Positions 58,801-64,000 of a stretch of DNA of 64,000 nt are shown here, one piece after another. Origin of the DNA: Phoronis australis (taxonomy: Eukaryota; Animalia; Phoronida); contig NMRA01000046.1 of the NCBI GenBank assembly GCA_002633005.1, positions 510,266 to 574,265 on the forward strand. The letters run 5' to 3'. Every line of letters starts with the position of its first letter. Position 1 is the stretch's first letter. A model generated the notes under the pieces. It was not told where the DNA came from, made no database searches, and saw nothing but the letters and a program-made list of their open reading frames with translations. Made by a program: the position numbers and the translations under genes.

Positions 58801-58929
58801 AGTGACCCCTATAAAACCAGTGAGCGTGCTAGCCATTCAACTAATAGGAGTAGCTAACTGAGGGCGGCTCAGTCATAGTCATATCGTCCGGTTACCTATT
58901 TTCGTCAGGCTCCAAAGTTCGTCCGCCAT
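49895..58929 (-). CDS. POLR3D: RNA polymerase III subunit RPC4 (RPC53), 10 coding exons, ~369 aa
   Basis: Exons (minus): 58929-58896 (MADELWSLTKI; may instead be UTR, with start at the exon-2 ATG), 57671-57581, 56320-56219 (RLPSIRTPRDLTLGGVKKKTFVPNI), 55491-55310 (GRGRG...VIQSHSIFEQGP), 55098-54971, 54262-54169, 52690-52592, 51682-51579 (LLFFQLPDVLP), 51417-51259 (EGHIGKIQVLKSGK...GTPCGFLQ), 50011-49895 (...RLVCSPDFESLL*). Motifs match the RPC4 family. Confidence 0.94.
53994..54140. repeat. Nested palindrome: 22-bp outer inverted repeats enclosing a 27-bp near-perfect hairpin
   Basis: Outer TGAGTGATGGTAAGTTACCTGT / ACAGGTAACTTGCCATCACCCA. Inner arms 54015-54041 and 54043-54069 differ at 1 position. 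Confidence 0.9.
54263..54970 (-). other. Non-canonical GC-AG intron in POLR3D
   Basis: Donor GAT|GCAAGT gives the in-frame junction LRDD|FIDG. The GT 4 nt downstream would shift the frame. Confidence 0.8.
57024..57530. mobile_element. ~510-bp TTAA-flanked Kolobok-like MITE, same terminal family as 3644-6599 and 44435-45152
   Basis: TTAA|AGTTAAGTAGGACACTA ... TAAGGTCCTACATAACC|TTAA. Confidence 0.6.
58780..58848 (-). mobile_element. tRNA-derived SINE head in POLR3D intron 1
   Basis: A box TAGTTGAATGG and B box GGTTCAATTCC at tRNA-like spacing on the minus strand. No proper cloverleaf. Confidence 0.55.
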
Positions 58930-59060
58930 CTTGTTTCGCGTGCAGCGCAACCACGCGGGGCTTAGCGTTCCAATTTGGAGTGCTCGTCTGCACGTTAGGT
59001 ACTAACTTATCGGAAGAGACACGTATCAAAGTAATGAGACAAAAATCGGTGAGTTTACCG
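58930..59060. promoter_or_regulatory. Probable bidirectional promoter of POLR3D and the Mpv17-like gene
   Basis: CpG-rich patch. A YY1-like CAAGATGGCGG motif (minus) overlaps the POLR3D ATG at 58929. Plus-strand donor-like sites (ag|gtact about 58999, cg|gtgagt about 59048) could end a UTR exon splicing to 61180. Confidence 0.5.
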
Positions 59061-59499
59061 ATTGTTTTTTAAAACCACTTAAAAATCAGTAGATTTTACT
59101 AATACACTTTTTTNAAAGAAAGTGGAAAGCGTACTGTCAGGCAACTGACGAAAACATGCGATTGTGCTCCTTGTGAAATACGTCATCACAAGTGTTGCAC
59201 CTTATACACGCACTAAAAGAGCATCGACGTTTGAAAAAACTAGTTGTTATCGTTTCAACAGAAAATATCTAAAACCGGAACGTAGTTGCTTCGGTGTAAC
59301 TCACAAAAAGGTTGTTAAATGCAATATTTGTCAACGAATATCACTCTGCAGTTGGCGCTGGGTTTATACTCTCCTGTCTTTGAAGGAAACATCGAATCTG
59401 TTAAATTCAGTCGCTAGAGGACGCAAGTAGTACAGTCAACAGGTTGAAGGAGGCCGTGGACAACAAGTAGTCAACAGGTTCAAGGGTTATAAATCTTTG

Positions 59500-60456
59500 A
59501 CATGGGCGGCGCACCTTAAGGGGCTGGGGGCTCTAGCCCCCCCACTTTTTCCATTGCTACCACGCCCATGGTCTATAAGCAGTGCACCACAGGGCCGGGC
59601 TGGGGGGGCTTTAGCCCCCCAACTTTTTTCAATGCTGCACTGCCCATATTTGATCCTTGTAGTTATATGTCACTGCACACATTTCAGAAAACGTAGGAAC
59701 AGTCGCAGTTTAAAATGCTTAACTCTTAAAATAGTATTACGCATACAGGCTTAGGAAGATTTTCTTACCGACTTCAGTTGGGGGCGAAATGGTCCACCAG
59801 GGCTGCATGCTAGGCAACCAGCTAGCAAGCAATAGTTTATGACACTGAGTGTACTGTATGACTGAGTGTCAAAACACAGCTAGTGAACGATGTGGGTAAA
59901 AATTAGAAATTAAAAATAATTGTGCCTTTTCGGTTCGTCATGTATAAACTCTTCGGTCCTTGCAACAAAACTTTCGCCTTACTGCCATGGACCCTAACTG
60001 CCATGCCCATTGCTTCATCTCAAAAAGATTAGGATCGATTTGGTGAAATCTTTTGAATTTTTCCAGCCTGTTATCAACAGAGTGGTTATCTCTGTTCACT
60101 ATAGGTCACTTTGTGAGAGTAGTTATGGTTTAATATAATCACATCATATTGAAATAGAATTAGGCTTGAAAGCATCCGGGATGTAATATTTTCCATTTTC
60201 TTTTTGGGACATGAAAACCAATGGAAACCATAAAATCTGAATAGAAGCATATACACACCCATGCCTTAAAAGTGGGGGGCTAGAGTTTTTGAGAATGTGG
60301 ACCTTTTACTAAGATTCACGGGCTACATAGAGCTATAAATTTCGCATTCACCGAATTTTGGTAGTTCCTGCCTTTGGGACTTTGGTCTCGTTTTCTACTT
60401 TTTTCGGCATTTTTGCCAAATGGGAAGCCCCCTAAGCCCCCCTGGGTACGCGCATG
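59500..60456. mobile_element. Degenerate hAT-like MITE(s) with GGGGGCT..AGCCCCC subterminal motifs
   Basis: CATGGGCGG start with matching CCACGCCCATG (about 59570) and TACGCGCATG (about 60456), and repeated GGGGGCT(C/T)TAGCCCCC motifs. Confidence 0.45.
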
Positions 60457-61199
60457 AGAAGAGTAAAAATTAAACTATTTTGGTTCTTGAATTTTCAAAA
60501 TTGGTTAAGTAATAGAGATTTTGTCAACAAAAACCCAAGCCTTGACCTATTCATTGGCAAGTAGTTTCCAGCACGGCTCATCAGCTAATTATACACATCA
60601 CTAACTCACAATAGAAGCTGTGCCTTAAAGAATGCGGATAAATCAGTTATAAAGAAGGAATATCTGGTATGTTCAGGACATGCGTTATTTCTTGAAACTC
60701 CTAATATTCCTCGTTCAAAACAGTACGCTCGTGACACGTGCCATATCTTCCTTGATTTTTGGTTTTGGTTCGAAGCAAAATTGCCGGAGTTTTTCTGTTC
60801 ACTGGTAGTAAAGTACTCAAAATGACTAATGAAGGGCAAGCACTTCTGGACAGTGTGAACTGAGCACAAACTTGTGAAAACGAACAGTGTATTGAAGAAT
60901 CGGTGAAAAAAAAATTGGCGAATAAGGTATCCTCCTTTATGGTTCTCCAACTCGACATGTATAATCTCTCCACAGGTTTAACAAGAGCGAAATGATGATT
61001 TTTAGCACGTCTACTAGTAATAACCAATTCAGTTTGCTATTAGATGAAGAGCGTAAATTGTATCAACATTACTTTTATGTTGAGATTTTGATTCACCATT
61101 TATTACACCATTCCAAACCTGTCAATTAGTATTTATAAAATACAGCTTTGTATCAAGACTGTCAGTTTTTTGTTTCTAGGTGCTTGATACATCATAGTC

Positions 61200-62813
61200 A
61201 TGCTGTCTACACTGCGTGGTGCATTTCACAAGTATCCTTTGCTGTTCAATTCCATTTCATATGGAGGATTATACATGGCAGGTAGGTACCCATGATACTT
61301 GCAAATATGCTCTGTTTGAACTGTACTGCTTCTTCTAAAGTAAAAAAGAGTGCAGGTGGTCGGATGTCATTTGCAGTGCATCAGAGGTGTGCAGGCCTCA
61401 TGGTTGGGCTCATGGCACAAATCAACTGAGCTAAAAACACGAGAGCCCTGTTATCAACAGGTTATTCATGAAGGAAGTTTTCAGCAAGTCTGTCTCCTTT
61501 ATAAGAAAACGGACAGATTTTCCCATTTGTTGCCATGCACTATATGTTTTAGGCATGTAACACTGCCATCCAGTAGCTTACTTATTAGCTTGTAAAAAGC
61601 TAAGCAAGACTCTACTTTTGGTTTGATCACATTGGGAAATTTTTTTCTTGGTTTCTCTGCGGGAGTTAAGCTGACTGGGTATGTTGCATACACTCATCCT
61701 ACAGTGTCCGTAGGATATTGGGATTGCAGGTCTAGCTACACTATGCAGAACGCTTGCTCCTATCTTTGCGAGTCTGTCTGCAATCTCATTGCCATCAATT
61801 CCTACATGGTCGTTTTATGTCATGAAGGATTACTTAATGTGTCTTGATTTTAGAAGAGATTGCAGTCTGGTTGTAGAATTTGTCATATGAATAGAATTGT
61901 TTTAGCATGAAAAAAATAAATTATCTGTTTCTACCTTCTTTAAATTTGCTTTTGTTATCTTCCACCCAATATTCAACGTCTTCAAAAATTCACTCTTGGT
62001 TCCAAGTTCTAGCAAATACAGTGCAACCATCAATACCCTGAATCTTCCCTCAGCAAAAGCTTTTGATATTTCTTGTTATTTTACTCTGAATTTTATTAAG
62101 TGTTTATTTTTATTTGTCCGTCTGTATTACAGTATGATTTTGGCACAGTCTTTCATTTCATGTTTGTCATTTTGTGTCCATCAAGATTAAGCTTATTGCA
62201 CTGGCTCCTGCAATTCCGATAAGATTTTGATCAAATTTGGCTCATACCAGTATATTGCAGTATATTGCACATTTTCGGAACTTAGTATTTCCAACTTAAA
62301 CCCAACACAAAAACAAACTCAACAAAGGGTTAAATTGTTGTTTTTTGGGTTGTCTTTTCAGCAGTGTTGTTTATTGCCGAGGTATGATCATACAAGGTAG
62401 AATTTCAAAAGTACCGTGACAAGTCAATTTAAATGTTATCTGAGGTCTGCTCTGATTATCAATAACTAATACAGCAGGCCATTGATTTCTATCTTTATTT
62501 AACTGTTCTGTTCTAATGTGACTGGCCACATTAGAGCTGTTGTAGTAAATAGGAGCTATTTTCTTTCTAATGATGATTTTCACTATAATTACAGGTGATA
62601 TAACACAGCAGAAGTTCCGTCAAGTAGAGCACATGAACTGGACTAATACGCGCAATATTGGAATTGTAACGGGCGGAGTATTTGGCCCAGTCTTACATTT
62701 CTGGTATATATGGCTTGATAAGCTGCTGCCGGGAAAGGCTCGAAATATTGTCCTCAGGAAGATGGTCTTGGATCAAGCATTAACAATTCCTTTGATATTC
62801 ATATTCTTTACAG
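61200..62813 (+). CDS. Mpv17/PMP22-family membrane protein (MPV17L/MPV17L2-like), first two coding exons; continues past the window
   Basis: Exon 61200-61281 MLSTLRGAFHKYPLLFNSISYGGLYMAG joins in phase 1 to exon 62595-62813 DITQQ...NWTNTRNIG...GPVLHFWYIWLDKLLPG...KMVLDQ. GD-x2-QQ, GP-x2-H-x-WY-x-WLD and K-x3-DQ are family motifs. An acceptor at 61178-61179 implies an upstream UTR exon. Confidence 0.9.
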
Positions 62814-62986
62814 GTAAATGCTTTCAATATGATTCACAGTACTATGATATATTTTTAGCATAATATGTAGAAAAATAAAGAATACTGGCTAGAAATCATA
62901 AAACTAGATTCTAGATAAATTATTACCTTGTGAAGTAAAACAGAATCTTGTTTGTTATGATAATCTTAGGTGTTAATTCCTTAACT

Positions 62987-63527
62987 GGTACCATCCTGTG
63001 TGTACTATTGACTGATGAAGAATATGGTACCATCCTGTGTGTACTATTGACTGATGAAGAATATGGTACCATCCTGTGTGTACTATTGACTGATGAAGAA
63101 CATGGTACCATCTTGTGTGTACTGTTGACTGGTGAAGAACATGCAACCATCCTGTGTGTACTACTGGTGAAGAACATGGTACCATCCCGTGTGTACTATT
63201 GACTAGTGAAGAACATGGTACCATCTCCTGTACCATTGACTGGTGAAGAACATGGAACCATCCTGTGTGTACTATTGACTGGTGAAGAACATGGTGCCAT
63301 CCCGTGTGTACTATTGACTGGTGAAGAACATGGTACCATCTCCTGTGTACCATTGACTGGTGAAGAACATGGAACCATCCTGTGTGTACTATTGACTGAT
63401 GAAGAACATGGTATCATCTCCTGTGTACTATTCACTGGTGAAGAACATGGTACCAGCCTGTGTGTAACATTGACTGATGAAGAACATGGTACCATCCCGT
63501 GTGTACTATTGACTGATGAAGAACATA
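62987..63527. repeat. 39-bp minisatellite, 14 units, in an intron of the Mpv17-like gene
   Basis: Unit GGTACCATCCTGTGTGTACTATTGACTGATGAAGAACAT. It explains the repetitive ORFs on both strands. Confidence 0.95.
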
Positions 63528-64000
63528 TCATATTGATTCAATTTGCACTTTGTTTTTTTTTATTTTGTATTATGTTGCTATTTGTAAAAGTTTCTTTTTA
63601 TTGGTAAAAATTAGGAACTGAAAGTTCTACTTAACAACTTTGAGAGTTGTTAGACACCAAGATTCATTAGTCATTGTAATAGCTTTTATCTTTATGAGAC
63701 GAGAAACGGATTCAAGCAGCGTGTTTACAAATAATTTGGTTCTTGAGCCGGTGGTGCAGTTTTGTTTTTGTTACTCAAGTTTTCAAAAAATAAAGTGCAC
63801 CTGAGATCAACAAAAATGATGCAGGACTTGCTTTTTGTTGTCAAATTGTGTTGTTTCAAGCCTTAGTGCATGCCTTTTTGTAGCTGTTCTAAAAACACGC
63901 GACCTTTTAGTGAAATTGGCAGGTTTGTTTTAGTTTGTGAGAGCAGGTCTCATAATGAGTTAGGACAGAGACCAGACCCAAGTATGCCTTTTTGGCCTTA

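Noticed and set aside
60606-61027. Two ORFs of 108-114 aa
   Set aside because: No recognisable domain or splice context. Possibly TE debris.
62987-63527. CRISPR-like appearance of this and the other 36-39-bp arrays (23170, 45510)
   Set aside because: Units abut with no unique spacers, there are no cas genes, and the context is a eukaryotic intron.

Overview
Eukaryotic, AT-rich, intron-rich animal DNA, probably a non-vertebrate bilaterian (taxon not determinable from the sequence alone). Five spliced genes were reconstructed by hand with frame-consistent splice sites. In order: the 3' part of KAT8/MOF (+), complete PTEN (-, 9 coding exons, 383 aa), complete ATAD1/Msp1 (+, 8 coding exons, head-to-head with PTEN), complete POLR3D/RPC4 (-, 10 coding exons, stop codon only 124 bp from the ATAD1 stop), and the 5' part of an Mpv17/PMP22-family gene (+). 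Introns hold TTAA-flanked Kolobok-like elements (one with a decayed THAP domain), a TA-flanked Tc2/pogo-like element carrying a HIRAN-like pseudogene, Helentron/HINE-like repeats full of co-oriented CTCF-like motifs, tRNA-SINEs, MITEs and minisatellites. Most ORFs in the supplied track are spurious. Most notable: conserved PTEN-ATAD1 linkage on a <1 kb shared promoter, a U12-type PTEN intron 1, a Gly->Ser change in the KAT8 acetyl-CoA motif, the HIRAN cargo element and the CTCF-like arrays. I found no wholly new coding system. Coordinates were counted by eye and element ends may be off by a few bases.
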